Positions 9,323 through 18,741 of a stretch of 47,306 nt of DNA are shown piece after piece. Under the pieces are notes generated by a model that saw only the letters and a program-made list of their open reading frames with translations, was not told the DNA's origin and made no database searches. How positions within the stretch are numbered: the stretch's first letter is position 1; every line of letters begins with the position of its first letter. Made by a program: the position numbers and the translations under genes. Origin of the DNA: Flavobacteriales bacterium (lineage in GTDB: Bacteria > Bacteroidota > Bacteroidia > Flavobacteriales_F > PHOS-HE28); the NCBI GenBank assembly GCA_017998165.1, contig JAGODO010000002.1, forward strand, positions 1 through 47,306. The letters run 5' to 3'.

Positions 9323-11503
9323 TCACTTCTTCATCTCCGGGTCCATCCCGTACTTGGGCTCCACGCCGACGTTCTCGAAGAAGAAGGCGTACTTGTCCGC
9401 CTGCTGCTTGATGATCATGCTGGTGGGCATGCCCGCGCCATGACCGGCCTGGGTTTGCACACGGATCAGAACCGGCGCATCGCCTTCTTGCGCGGGCTGT
9501 AGTGTGCTGATGAACTTGAAGCTGTGCGCGGGTACGACCCGGTCATCATGGTCTGCGGTCATCACCATCGTCGCCGGATACTTCGCCGGCCTGATGTTGT
9601 GTACCGGTGAGTATTTGCGCAGGTATTCGAACTCCTCCTTGCTGTTGTCCGCATTGCCGTACTCGGGCACCCAGCCGAAGCCCGCCGTGAACTTCTGGAA
9701 GCGCAGCATGTCCATGACCCCCACTTCCGGGAAGCAAACGCCGAAGAGATCCGGGCGCTGGGTCATCACAGCGCCGACGAGCAGGCCACCATTGCTGCCG
9801 CCGTTGATGGCGAGATGCGGCGTATCGGTCCACTTCTGCGCGATCAGGAATTCGGCTGCGGAAATGAAGTCATCGAACACGTTCTGCTTCTTCTCCTTCA
9901 TGCCGGCGCGGTGCCAATCTTCACCATACTCACCACCGCCCCGCAGGCTGGGCTGGGCGAAGATGCCGCCCTGCTCCAGCAGCAGCATGCGGCTGGTGCT
10001 GAATGAAGGGGAGAGGCTGATGTTGAAGCCGCCGTACGCATAGAGCATCGTGGGGTTCTTGCCATTGCGCTGCACGTCTTTCTTGCGCACGATGAACATG
10101 GGGACCTTCGTGCCGTCCTTGCTCGGATAGAACACCTGCTCGGTGACGAACTGCGAAGGGTCGAACTTCAGTTCGGGGCGATAGAACACGTCGCTCTTTC
10201 CCGTGGCGTAGTCGTATTTGTAGATGGTCCCTGGATCGGTGAAGGAAGTGAAGCTGTAGAAGCCGAAGGTGTCGTTGCGTTTCCCTCCGAAGCCGCCAGC
10301 GCTCCCGATGTCGGGCAGTTTGATCTCCTGCTCGCCCGTGCCATCGAGCTTGTAGCGGTAGAAGCGGCTGGTGGCGTCCTTCAGGTACTCGGCGAAGAGG
10401 TTCCCGCCGCCCGTGCTCACGCCTTGCAGCAGATCCGTCTTGTGCGGGATGATGTCCTTCCACGTCTCCTGGGCCGGGTTGTTCGGATCGACCTCTACCA
10501 GGCGGTAGTTCGGCGCATCCACCTCGGTCATCACCAGGAACTTGCCGGTGGACGGCACGAAGTCGATGATGCTGGTCTTGTGCTCGAAACCCTGCTGTAG
10601 CGGCATCCACTTCGTCGCGGTCGTCGGCATCACGCCTTTGCGCAGGTCGTGGAAGTACGACTCGTAGCCGTCCGTGCCGGTGCTGATCGTGAGTGTTGCG
10701 AATTCCTCGTCCTCCGTGACGCCCAGGCCCACGTACAGGTCGCCATTCTTGCGGTCTTCCCACACCAGTGCATCCTTCTCCTGGGGGTCGCCCAGCTTGT
10801 GGTAGTAGACTTTCTGGAACTTGCTGGCCGCGCTCAGCTCCGTTCCCTTTGCCGGCTCCGGATAGCGGCTGTAGAAGAAGCCGTTCTTGTACCAGGACGC
10901 GCCGCTGAACTTGCACCACTTCAGCAGGTCAGGGGTTTGCTGCAACGTGGTCAGATCGTACACCGTGATGTCCTGCCAGTCGCTGCCGGCCTTGCTGACA
11001 CCGACGGCCATGTACCGATCATCCTTGCTCGTGCCCAGAGGGCTGAACGTGGTGGTGCCGGCGGGGTCGATCGCGTTCGGATCGATGAAGACCCGGTCTT
11101 CACCTTCCAGACCTTTGCGCACATTGATGACGAACTGGTTCTGCAGGCCGCTGTTCTTCCAGAGGAAATACAGTTCGCCCACGCGCATCGGGCCGCCGAG
11201 CTTGGGGAAGTTGTACAGCTCCTCATAGCGCTTCGCGATCGCGTCACGGAAAGGGATCTTCTCCAGATAGGCGTTCGTTACGGCGTTCTGCTCGCCCACC
11301 CAGGTCTTGGTCTCCGTACTGGTGTCGTTCTCGAGCCAGCGATAAGGATCGGCAACGAAGGATCCGTGCAACGTATCGCCAGCGAGGCTGTCCTTGTGTA
11401 CGGGCGGGTATGAAAGGCGCTCCACAGGAGGTTTTTCGGCGACTTGATCGGCGCCACCGCAGGCGGCAAGTAAGCAAAGTGCGGGAAGTAAGGTCGGTTT
11501 CAT
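9323..11503 (-). CDS. Prolyl oligopeptidase (S9A serine peptidase), lipoprotein-type signal
   Basis: 726 aa. MKPTLLPALCLLAACGG lipobox, an N-terminal beta-propeller region, and a catalytic domain with GGSNGGLL (nucleophile Ser) and DHDDRVVPAHS. Confidence 0.9.
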   Translation of the reverse strand: MKPTLLPALCLLAACGGADQVAEKPPVERLSYPPVHKDSLAGDTLHGSFVADPYRWLENDTSTETKTWVGEQNAVTNAYLEKIPFRDAIAKRYEELYNFPKLGGPMRVGELYFLWKNSGLQNQFVINVRKGLEGEDRVFIDPNAIDPAGTTTFSPLGTSKDDRYMAVGVSKAGSDWQDITVYDLTTLQQTPDLLKWCKFSGASWYKNGFFYSRYPEPAKGTELSAASKFQKVYYHKLGDPQEKDALVWEDRKNGDLYVGLGVTEDEEFATLTISTGTDGYESYFHDLRKGVMPTTATKWMPLQQGFEHKTSIIDFVPSTGKFLVMTEVDAPNYRLVEVDPNNPAQETWKDIIPHKTDLLQGVSTGGGNLFAEYLKDATSRFYRYKLDGTGEQEIKLPDIGSAGGFGGKRNDTFGFYSFTSFTDPGTIYKYDYATGKSDVFYRPELKFDPSQFVTEQVFYPSKDGTKVPMFIVRKKDVQRNGKNPTMLYAYGGFNISLSPSFSTSRMLLLEQGGIFAQPSLRGGGEYGEDWHRAGMKEKKQNVFDDFISAAEFLIAQKWTDTPHLAINGGSNGGLLVGAVMTQRPDLFGVCFPEVGVMDMLRFQKFTAGFGWVPEYGNADNSKEEFEYLRKYSPVHNIRPAKYPATMVMTADHDDRVVPAHSFKFISTLQPAQEGDAPVLIRVQTQAGHGAGMPTSMIIKQQADKYAFFFENVGVEPKYGMDPEMKK

Positions 11504-11599
11504 GTATGCGCGTAAGGGGTGCGCGAAACTATCCGACGGTTGGATCGGCCGAGGGACCGGTGAGGGACGGACTGTTGTTCCGGTGCCGGTCGAGAACGC

Positions 11600-12913
11600 T
11601 CAGGCCACCTTCCGTTGGTGGAGGCGGTGGCTCATCAACTCGTAACGCGTACCCGGACCGTCGAGCAGGCGGATCTCCGCGTCCAACTGGCTGGCGAGCG
11701 TGTGGATCAACTCCATGCCCAGGCTGTTGGGGCGATGGAACCCGTCGCGGCTGCGCATGCCCACTCCGTCATCACCGATCACCAACTGAAGGCCTTCGCC
11801 CTCCGAGCCGGTCAGATGCACCGTGATCGTGCCGGTCTCCCGGTCCGCGAAGGCATACTTGAAGCTGTTGCTGATGATCTCGTTGATCAGCAGGCCCAAG
11901 GGGATCAACGTGTCCACGCTGAGCGTCTTCACCTGGATATCGATATCCATGGTCAGGCGCTTGCGTATGTTGTAAGCGTTCACAAGGTCGCGCACAAGGC
12001 TGTCCAGGTAAGTGCTTACGGGGATGTTCGCCAGATCCTTGCTCAGGTAGGTCTGCTCGTGTACCAGGGCCATGGCCCCCACGCGGTTGATGCATTCGTT
12101 GAAGAGCTCACGGGTCCGCGCGTCGTTCACTTGGTCCTGCTGGAACCGGATCAAACTGCGCACGATCTGCAGATTGTTCTTCACGCGGTGGTGGATCTCC
12201 TTGATCATCACTTCCTTCTCCTCCTTGCTCAGCATCGTCTCGCGCAGCTCGTGGTTGATCGCTTCGAGATCGTTCTTGGCCATTCCGAGCTGTTCGGAAC
12301 GCGAACGGCTTTCCACCAGCAGGCGGCGGGTCATGCCGACAAGAAGCGCGAATACCACGGCGAACATGCAGGCGAGGACCAGGATCATCTGGGCCTCGTC
12401 CCAGCGATGGCTGAGCGTGGCGGTCTGCTGGCCGAGCCCTTGCTCATGCACGCTCCGGGCCACACGGTCCACCTGTTTCTGGGCGCGTTGGAGCATGATC
12501 TGGAATACCGCCTCGGGCATGCGCTGCTGGGCGAACCCGCCCTCGCAATGGACCACCTCGTTGTGCAGTGAATCGCACGCGTTCAACGGCTTGTTGAGGA
12601 GCCCGGGCAATTCCGCCATGCCGGGCTCCGCACCGTGACGTTCGGACACCCCGGCAACGTCCTCACGGATGGCTGCCAGTTCGTGAGGCCATTTGCTCTG
12701 ACCGGTGTTCACGTCCACCCGATGGGTCAGTCCCAGTTGGTTCAACGCGCTGTTCAAGCGTCCCAAACGGTCCAAAAGATCGACCTGCTGGCCGATGCGG
12801 TCCTGGACCACATGGGTGCGCGACATCAAGGTGATGTCCCAACCGATGAAAAGAACCGCCAAGGTGACGGCGATCACGGGCCAGATGCGCCAATTGGATG
12901 TGTTCAAAAGCAT
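11600..12913 (-). CDS. Membrane sensor histidine kinase (HisKA_2 / HWE-like dimerisation domain)
   Basis: Two TM segments flank a periplasmic helical region. H-box EIHHRVKNNLQIVRSLI, then an ATPase domain (NEIISNSFKYAF, GDDGVGM). Confidence 0.8.
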   Translation of the reverse strand: MLLNTSNWRIWPVIAVTLAVLFIGWDITLMSRTHVVQDRIGQQVDLLDRLGRLNSALNQLGLTHRVDVNTGQSKWPHELAAIREDVAGVSERHGAEPGMAELPGLLNKPLNACDSLHNEVVHCEGGFAQQRMPEAVFQIMLQRAQKQVDRVARSVHEQGLGQQTATLSHRWDEAQMILVLACMFAVVFALLVGMTRRLLVESRSRSEQLGMAKNDLEAINHELRETMLSKEEKEVMIKEIHHRVKNNLQIVRSLIRFQQDQVNDARTRELFNECINRVGAMALVHEQTYLSKDLANIPVSTYLDSLVRDLVNAYNIRKRLTMDIDIQVKTLSVDTLIPLGLLINEIISNSFKYAFADRETGTITVHLTGSEGEGLQLVIGDDGVGMRSRDGFHRPNSLGMELIHTLASQLDAEIRLLDGPGTRYELMSHRLHQRKVA

Positions 12914-12969
12914 GAGCGCACCTTACAACGCAGCCCGCCAGCGAGGGTTTCCCAGGCCCCGGCCACGTT

Positions 12970-13527
12970 CTATTGGCCCCCGAACGACCGGAGTCGCGCG
13001 GCGAAGCGCCTCGATGCTTCCCCCAGGCGGGTGGCGGCCGCGTCCCGGATATCGGTGTGCATGCGCCGTGAGGGGCCCAAGCCCACCCCTTCGTAGTGGA
13101 CATCCGGGGCCACACCCGCCATGATGACCCCCGCATTGATGCCGCCCCCCTTCGCCGTCCGGTTGCCCGTGTGGCGAAGGTTGTGTACCCGGATATGGCA
13201 TTGCCCGTTCTTCGCTTGGATCGTCACCTGGTAGGTCACGGTGCCCATGGTCTCCTCGCGGCCCATCAGCATCTTGCTGCGATAGTTCATACGGGCCGTA
13301 CCCTCCAGCAGTCCGTTGTCCACGTCCACCACCGTCAATTGGGCCGCTGGTTCTTGGCCGAAGCTCGCTGCCCACGCATCCTGTGCGGCCACCATGATCT
13401 GCGCCTTGTTCATGGGAAGGCCGACATCCTCACTGATCATGAACTGGCCTGTCGCCGCCACTGCGGTGCTCTGTCCCTTGGCGATGACCGTCAGGGCTAT
13501 CAGAAGGCTCGCGACGATGCACCGCAC
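12970..13527 (-). CDS. Secreted hypothetical protein (DUF4468-like by eye)
   Basis: GTG start at 13527, signal peptide RCIVASLLIALTVIAKGQS. Codon usage is consistent with the neighbours. The family assignment is only my recollection of similar TBP-fold proteins. Confidence 0.5.
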   Translation of the reverse strand: MRCIVASLLIALTVIAKGQSTAVAATGQFMISEDVGLPMNKAQIMVAAQDAWAASFGQEPAAQLTVVDVDNGLLEGTARMNYRSKMLMGREETMGTVTYQVTIQAKNGQCHIRVHNLRHTGNRTAKGGGINAGVIMAGVAPDVHYEGVGLGPSRRMHTDIRDAAATRLGEASRRFAARLRSFGGQ

Positions 13528-13663
13528 GGGGGGAAAGTTAGGCGGCCGGCCGGGCCCGGAAGGGCGCCATGACGAGGAACGGCGCGCGCCGTATCGATCC
13601 GCGGGTACTTTCGCGCCTCACCATCGAAGCTCCATCCGGTGGTCCTTATCCAACCCCTATGCC

Positions 13664-14629
13664 ATGAGCATGCATGCCAGCCGCGCCCTGAAGTTGGGCG
13701 TCTTCTATGACGGTTCCTATTTCAGCCACGTCAGCAACTACTACAACTACGTGCATCCGCAGCGCCGCCGATTGCACATCGGTGGGCTCCACGATTTCAT
13801 CAAGCATACCGTGGCGATGAAGGAAGGGGTGACGGCCAACCTGTGCCACATCATCGACGCCCATTTCTTCCGGGGCCGGTTCAGCGCCAAGGATGCCAAC
13901 GAGAAAACGAACCAGCTCTATTATGACCGTGTGTTCGATGATGTGCTCATGTACAACGGCGTGCAGACGCACTACCTCCCCGTGAAGGACCTCATGGGCC
14001 GCAAGCGCGAAAAGGGCATCGATGTGCTCATGGCGCTGGAGACCTTTGAACTGTGCATGCTCAAACGCTACGATGTGGTCGCGCTCATCGCCAGCGATGG
14101 CGATCATGTGCCTCTGGTGCGCAAACTGCATGCGCTGGGTTGCAAGACCATGCTGCTCGCTTGGGACTTCGAGTACACCGATGAGTTGTCCGGGGAGCAT
14201 CAGACCACACGAACGAGCACGGACCTTTGGAACAACGTGACCTATCCCCTCGAGATGAGCGATCTGGTGGAGGAGGGTTTGCAGGCGAACGACGAGGTGG
14301 TCACCGATCTGTTCGTATCCAAAGAGGTCCTGTTGCCGCGAGACCCGGCGACCGACCCGGACCGGCCGCTCATCAGCATGAGCAACTATGAGGACAATGA
14401 GCGCCACACCAGCAGCATCATGAGCCTGCACAAGGGGTATGGCTTCATCCGATTCCCTGAGAACAACCTGTTCTTCCTGCACGACGATCTGGTCGAAGTG
14501 GACTTCAACACGCTCGCGATAGACGACATGATGGAGTTCAGTGTCGCGGTGAACAGCAAGGGGCAGCGCGTGGCCAAGCGTATCAAGCGGGCAGGGGAGT
14601 CCTCACCGCAGGAAGAAGCCCAGACCTGA
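13664..14629 (+). CDS. NYN (LabA-like) nuclease-fold domain protein fused to a C-terminal cold-shock/OB domain
   Basis: Track ORF 13316..14629. The 5' 116 codons are antisense to the previous gene, so the start is re-picked at ATG 13664. LKLGVFYDGSYF...GIDVLMALE...VALIASDGDHVPLV is NYN/LabA-like. The C-terminal HKGYGFIRFPENNLFFLHDDLV...MEFSV is a cold-shock-domain (RNP1-like GYGFI) signature. Confidence 0.7.
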   Translation: MSMHASRALKLGVFYDGSYFSHVSNYYNYVHPQRRRLHIGGLHDFIKHTVAMKEGVTANLCHIIDAHFFRGRFSAKDANEKTNQLYYDRVFDDVLMYNGVQTHYLPVKDLMGRKREKGIDVLMALETFELCMLKRYDVVALIASDGDHVPLVRKLHALGCKTMLLAWDFEYTDELSGEHQTTRTSTDLWNNVTYPLEMSDLVEEGLQANDEVVTDLFVSKEVLLPRDPATDPDRPLISMSNYEDNERHTSSIMSLHKGYGFIRFPENNLFFLHDDLVEVDFNTLAIDDMMEFSVAVNSKGQRVAKRIKRAGESSPQEEAQT

Positions 14630-14632
14630 GGA

Positions 14633-15340
14633 TCAGACCTCCGTGGGAAGTGTGAGTTCGAAGACGGAGCCTTGGCCCGCACCTTGGCTGCTCGCTGTCA
14701 GGGTGCCCCCTTGAGCCTCCGCCCATTGACGTGCCCGGCCCAACGTTCCGCGTGATTGAGGCTCTCCGTCCGTACTGCGCGATGAAAGGATGGCATAGCG
14801 TCTGAAAACCTGCGCGAGGTCCTCCTTCGAGAGCCCGCAGCCCTGGTCCGTAACGCGCACCTGGCAGCGACCATCCATGCTTTCGAGATCGATGGTGATC
14901 GACGCACCGCGCGGGGAGAATTTGCTCGCGTTGCTGACAAGGGCCTGCAGGATCTGCGTCGTCCAGCGGGCATCCCCCGCAGCATGAACATGCTCCGGGC
15001 CGCTCACGTTCACGGATTGCTCCTTCTTCCGCAACCGGAAATCCTCGTTCCTGAGCGCTTCTTTCAAACTCGCTCTGAGCTCGAACCGTGCCCGTTCCGC
15101 GGTCACCCCGCGTTCGACGTGAAGATCATCAAGAAGGTCCTCCAGCTCGCGCTGGGCATTGAAGAAACCGCGCTCGGCGAATTCGACCAGGTCGTTCCTT
15201 TCCATGCCCTCCGGAGGACCTTCGCGCAGCAGGCGAAAGGCTTCCCATAGGCCTCCGATACGGTTCTTGATGTCGTGCGCGAACGTATGCAGGCGCTCGG
15301 CCTGCCCGCTGTCCGCAGGTGTCAAGGAGCGCTCAGGCAT
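14633..15340 (-). CDS. Soluble histidine kinase (HisKA + HATPase_c)
   Basis: 235 aa. H-box HTFAHDIKNRIGGL and an ATPase domain (LVSNASKFSP, DQGCGL, GTLGRARQW). Overlaps the upstream receiver gene by 8 nt. Confidence 0.8.
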   Translation of the reverse strand: MPERSLTPADSGQAERLHTFAHDIKNRIGGLWEAFRLLREGPPEGMERNDLVEFAERGFFNAQRELEDLLDDLHVERGVTAERARFELRASLKEALRNEDFRLRKKEQSVNVSGPEHVHAAGDARWTTQILQALVSNASKFSPRGASITIDLESMDGRCQVRVTDQGCGLSKEDLAQVFRRYAILSSRSTDGEPQSRGTLGRARQWAEAQGGTLTASSQGAGQGSVFELTLPTEV

Positions 15341-15701
15341 CCGTATGCACGGCGGCGTTCAGCAGCCCCGTAAGGCTGTCCGGGTCGATCGGCTTGAGCA
15401 GGTAGTGGCAGCCCTTGAGCCCACGTATGCCTTCCACCACTTCGGCTTTGTTGCTGGCCGTGAGGAAAATGACCGGGATCGGGTCGGTCTCATGGATGTT
15501 CTGCGCCAATTCCAGGCCGGTCTGGTCGCCTTTGATGTACACGTCCATGATGATGATGTCAGGACGTTCCTTGGCCAGAAGGGCCCGGGCCTCGTCGCTG
15601 CTGCGTGCCGTACCGATCACGTCCATGCCCAGCTGCTCCAATTGGAGCCGGTAGCCGAAGGAGATGATGGTTTCGTCTTCGATGATGAGTATTTTTTTCA
15701 T
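15333..15701 (-). CDS. Single-domain response regulator (CheY-like receiver)
   Basis: 122 aa. MKKILIIEDE..., phospho-acceptor context IIIMDVYIKG, conserved LTAS and K (LLKP). Confidence 0.85.
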   Translation of the reverse strand: MKKILIIEDETIISFGYRLQLEQLGMDVIGTARSSDEARALLAKERPDIIIMDVYIKGDQTGLELAQNIHETDPIPVIFLTASNKAEVVEGIRGLKGCHYLLKPIDPDSLTGLLNAAVHTDA

Positions 15702-15722
15702 GGCAGGAGAGGTGCCTGGGGG

Positions 15723-16127
15723 TCATGCCCGCTTCCGCATGAACGCGTCGCTGAGCCGTTCGAATTGTTCCAGATCGAATGATTTCTCGACGTAGTCGTC
15801 GACGCTCCTGAACCGGCGCGCCGCTTCGATGTCCGTGGGCCGGTTGCTGCTGCTGCACATCACCACCAGGCTGCGTTCGTCGGGCAGCAGGCCTTCGGAT
15901 TCCAGGATCCGCAAGAGGTCGAATCCCGTGGTACCGGGCATGTTGATGTCCACCAGGAAGAGGTCCGGCGGCACTTCGCCCGACCGGATGTGCCGCAGAG
16001 CATCCTCGGCCGAATGGAACGCGTCCAAGCGGCCTTGGAACCCCGCTTTCTTCAAGGTCACTTTGGTGATGAAATGGTGGTCATCCTCGTCGTCCACCAG
16101 CATGATGTGCTCGATCGTTCTGCGCAT
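15723..16127 (-). CDS. Single-domain response regulator (CheY-like receiver)
   Basis: 134 aa. IMLVDDEDD, LFLVDINMPGTTGFDLL, VVMCSSS, YVEKSF. Confidence 0.85.
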   Translation of the reverse strand: MRRTIEHIMLVDDEDDHHFITKVTLKKAGFQGRLDAFHSAEDALRHIRSGEVPPDLFLVDINMPGTTGFDLLRILESEGLLPDERSLVVMCSSSNRPTDIEAARRFRSVDDYVEKSFDLEQFERLSDAFMRKRA

Positions 16128-16190
16128 ATCCTTCCCTTTTCGGACCAGCGTTTGAACGCAGGCCCGTCCGGAAGGTTCCTACGGAAGGGG

Positions 16191-18194
16191 TCAGTGCAGC
16201 TCGAGGTCGAGCCGGACGATGCTCTCCGGTGTCCCGAGCACGTACAACAGGTCGTCCTGACAGATGCGTTCCGTATCGTCCGGTCGGGTGATCATGGCTT
16301 CCTTGCGCCGGATCGCCAGCAAGGTGATCCCGAACCGACCATAGAGGTCCACCTGGGTGAGCGACCTGCCGGCGATGCGCGATCGACCGAGGTCAACGGG
16401 TACGGTGGCGATCTCCAGTTCCTCGCGTCCGCCGCTCTCACCGGCGATGTCGCCCGTGGCCTGGCGCACCGGAGCGCCGCGCAGCATGCCATAGTGGTCG
16501 CCACGGATATGCGACACGAGTTCCTGGATGCTGCGCTCGGGCACCAGGTATTTCCGCAGCACGCGGTAGAAGATCTCGATGCTCGTCTCGAATTCCTCAG
16601 GGATCACTTCGTTCGCCCCCGCTTTCAGGTTCGCTTCGATCTCGCGCACGTACCTCGTCCGCACGATGATGTAGGCGCTCGTATGGGCGCGCACGCTCGC
16701 GGTGATCCGCCGCGTGATGTCGGCATCGGCGATGGCGATCACCACTACGCGTGCCTGTTCCACGTGCGCCTTCTCCAGAACGTGATCGGTACTGCCATCG
16801 CCCACGACAACGTGCAGCCCCTGCCCACGGGCTTTCTCCGCCAGATCGGCGTCCTCCTCGATCACAGCGCAACGGATCTTCGCGCTCTGCGCGGCCAAGG
16901 CCACGTTCTGTCCGTTCAGGCCGTACCCCACGATCACCACATGGTCTTTCAGAACACGGCGATCGGTCTTCTCCACATCCTTGCGCGCGCGCATGATCCC
17001 GTCCATCCGGTGCATCACCGAGGCGGGCAGGAACACGCCGAAGACCCGGCGCAGCAGCTCATCGATCGAGCGCATCGCGAACGGCGTCGCGCCCATGCTC
17101 AGGATGGATACCGCGAGGAAGATCTGGTGATGGTCACGTGAAAGCAGTCCGGTGCTCAGTCCCGTGATCGCCAGGACGAAGGCGAATTCCCCTACTTGGA
17201 ACAGCGCGATCCCGCATTTCAGCGCGGTAGCCACCGGATGGCGCAGCACCCACACGGCGAAGAACGCCGCCACCGTCTTCACCAGGACCACGAGCACGGC
17301 CAGCCCGAAGACCGTGAACGGTTTGGAGGCGAACAGCCCGGGATCCACGAGCATGCCGATGCTCACGAAGAAGAAGCTCATGAACAGTTCGTGGAACGGC
17401 TGGACGATGCCCGTGGCATGGTAGGCCTGATCCGTTTCGCTGATGATGAGCCCGGCGAAGAAGGCCCCCAGGGCCAGGGACAACCCCATGGCGCTCGTCG
17501 CCCACGCAGCGCTGAAGCAGAGCACGACGATGGTGATGATGAACAGTTCCTTGTTCCGGCCCTTGCTGACCACGCGCAGCAAACGGGGCACCCCGAACCT
17601 GCCACCGAGGTAGACGGCCACGATGAGGAGGACCATCTTCACGAGCAACATCAGCAGATCATGGCCGATATCGCTGCTCTGGCCGGCGAGCATCGGCGTA
17701 ACGAGCATCATCGGCACCACGATGATGTCCTGGAAGATCAGGATGGCGGCGGTGATCCGGCCGTAAGGCGTATCGGTGCGGCCCTGTTCCTGCAGGATGC
17801 GCAGCACGATGGCCGTGCTGCTCAGCGTAACGAGGAAACCGGTGAACACCGCCGCCGGCATGGGCAGCCCGAGCAACCGCCCGATGCCGGCCACCAGCGC
17901 CGTGGTGAGCAGCGCCTGCAACGAACCACCGATGAATACCGTGGCACCGATGGAAGCCAGCTTCTTCAGGCTGAACTCCATGCCGATCACGAACAACAGG
18001 AAGATCACGCCCAGTTCCGCGAGCGTTTCCACCGTCTCCACCTTTTCAACCCAACCCAGCGCATGGGGGCCCGCCAGCATGCCGGCGATGATGAAGCCGA
18101 GCACGTTGGGCAGTTTGAGCCTGCGGAAAAGCAGGATGATCCCAATGGCCAGGGCCAGCACCACGATGAGTTCGCCGTGAAATGCTCCGTGCAT
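16191..18194 (-). CDS. CPA2 family monovalent cation:proton antiporter with C-terminal RCK (TrkA-N/TrkA-C) domains (KefB/KefC-like)
   Basis: 667 aa. About 12 TM segments in the N-terminal part, then HVVIVGYGLNGQNVA (Rossmann GxGxxG of RCK) and a TrkA-C-like tail. Confidence 0.85.
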   Translation of the reverse strand: MHGAFHGELIVVLALAIGIILLFRRLKLPNVLGFIIAGMLAGPHALGWVEKVETVETLAELGVIFLLFVIGMEFSLKKLASIGATVFIGGSLQALLTTALVAGIGRLLGLPMPAAVFTGFLVTLSSTAIVLRILQEQGRTDTPYGRITAAILIFQDIIVVPMMLVTPMLAGQSSDIGHDLLMLLVKMVLLIVAVYLGGRFGVPRLLRVVSKGRNKELFIITIVVLCFSAAWATSAMGLSLALGAFFAGLIISETDQAYHATGIVQPFHELFMSFFFVSIGMLVDPGLFASKPFTVFGLAVLVVLVKTVAAFFAVWVLRHPVATALKCGIALFQVGEFAFVLAITGLSTGLLSRDHHQIFLAVSILSMGATPFAMRSIDELLRRVFGVFLPASVMHRMDGIMRARKDVEKTDRRVLKDHVVIVGYGLNGQNVALAAQSAKIRCAVIEEDADLAEKARGQGLHVVVGDGSTDHVLEKAHVEQARVVVIAIADADITRRITASVRAHTSAYIIVRTRYVREIEANLKAGANEVIPEEFETSIEIFYRVLRKYLVPERSIQELVSHIRGDHYGMLRGAPVRQATGDIAGESGGREELEIATVPVDLGRSRIAGRSLTQVDLYGRFGITLLAIRRKEAMITRPDDTERICQDDLLYVLGTPESIVRLDLELH

Positions 18195-18197
18195 CCG

Positions 18198-18566
18198 TTA
18201 TCTCTTGAAAACGAGCCACACCGCCGCCACCAGGAACACGCCAGCCAGCGCATGATTCCAGCGGAACGACTCCTGGTTGAAAGCCACCAGCGCGAAAACG
18301 ACGAAGACCGCGAGCGTGACCACCTCCTGGATCACTTTCAACTGCACCAGTGAGTAAGGACCGCCATGCTCCACATGACCGAGCCGGTTCGCGGGTACCT
18401 GCAGGCAATACTCGAAGAACGCGATGCCCCAACTCACCATCACGATGCCGACCAGTCCCAACTTGGCCAGCGTGGGGTGGTCCTTGAAACGCAGGTGACC
18501 GTACCAAGCGAGCGTCATGAAGACGTTGCTCAGGATGAGCAGCACAATGGTCCAGACCCCGCGCAT
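18198..18566 (-). CDS. Small DMT-superfamily membrane protein (DUF486-like)
   Basis: Track ORF 18198..18851. Start re-picked at ATG 18566 (MRGVWTIVLLILSNVFMTLAWYGHL). Four predicted TM helices. The stop is 3 nt before the kef-like start. Confidence 0.65.
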   Translation of the reverse strand: MRGVWTIVLLILSNVFMTLAWYGHLRFKDHPTLAKLGLVGIVMVSWGIAFFEYCLQVPANRLGHVEHGGPYSLVQLKVIQEVVTLAVFVVFALVAFNQESFRWNHALAGVFLVAAVWLVFKR

Positions 18567-18741
18567 GATGTATTTCCGGCCCTTCCGGCGCGCCCATGCG
18601 CGAGTCCAGGTCGGCTGCGAAGTTCCCCGAGGAGCGGGACCGGCCGGCCGGGACCGGTCGCGGAAGGCTAACCGTGCCCTGTTGATCCGTACGCGATGCC
18701 GGATCAGGCCGGGGGTCGCTTGATGCGGATAGATTAACGCC

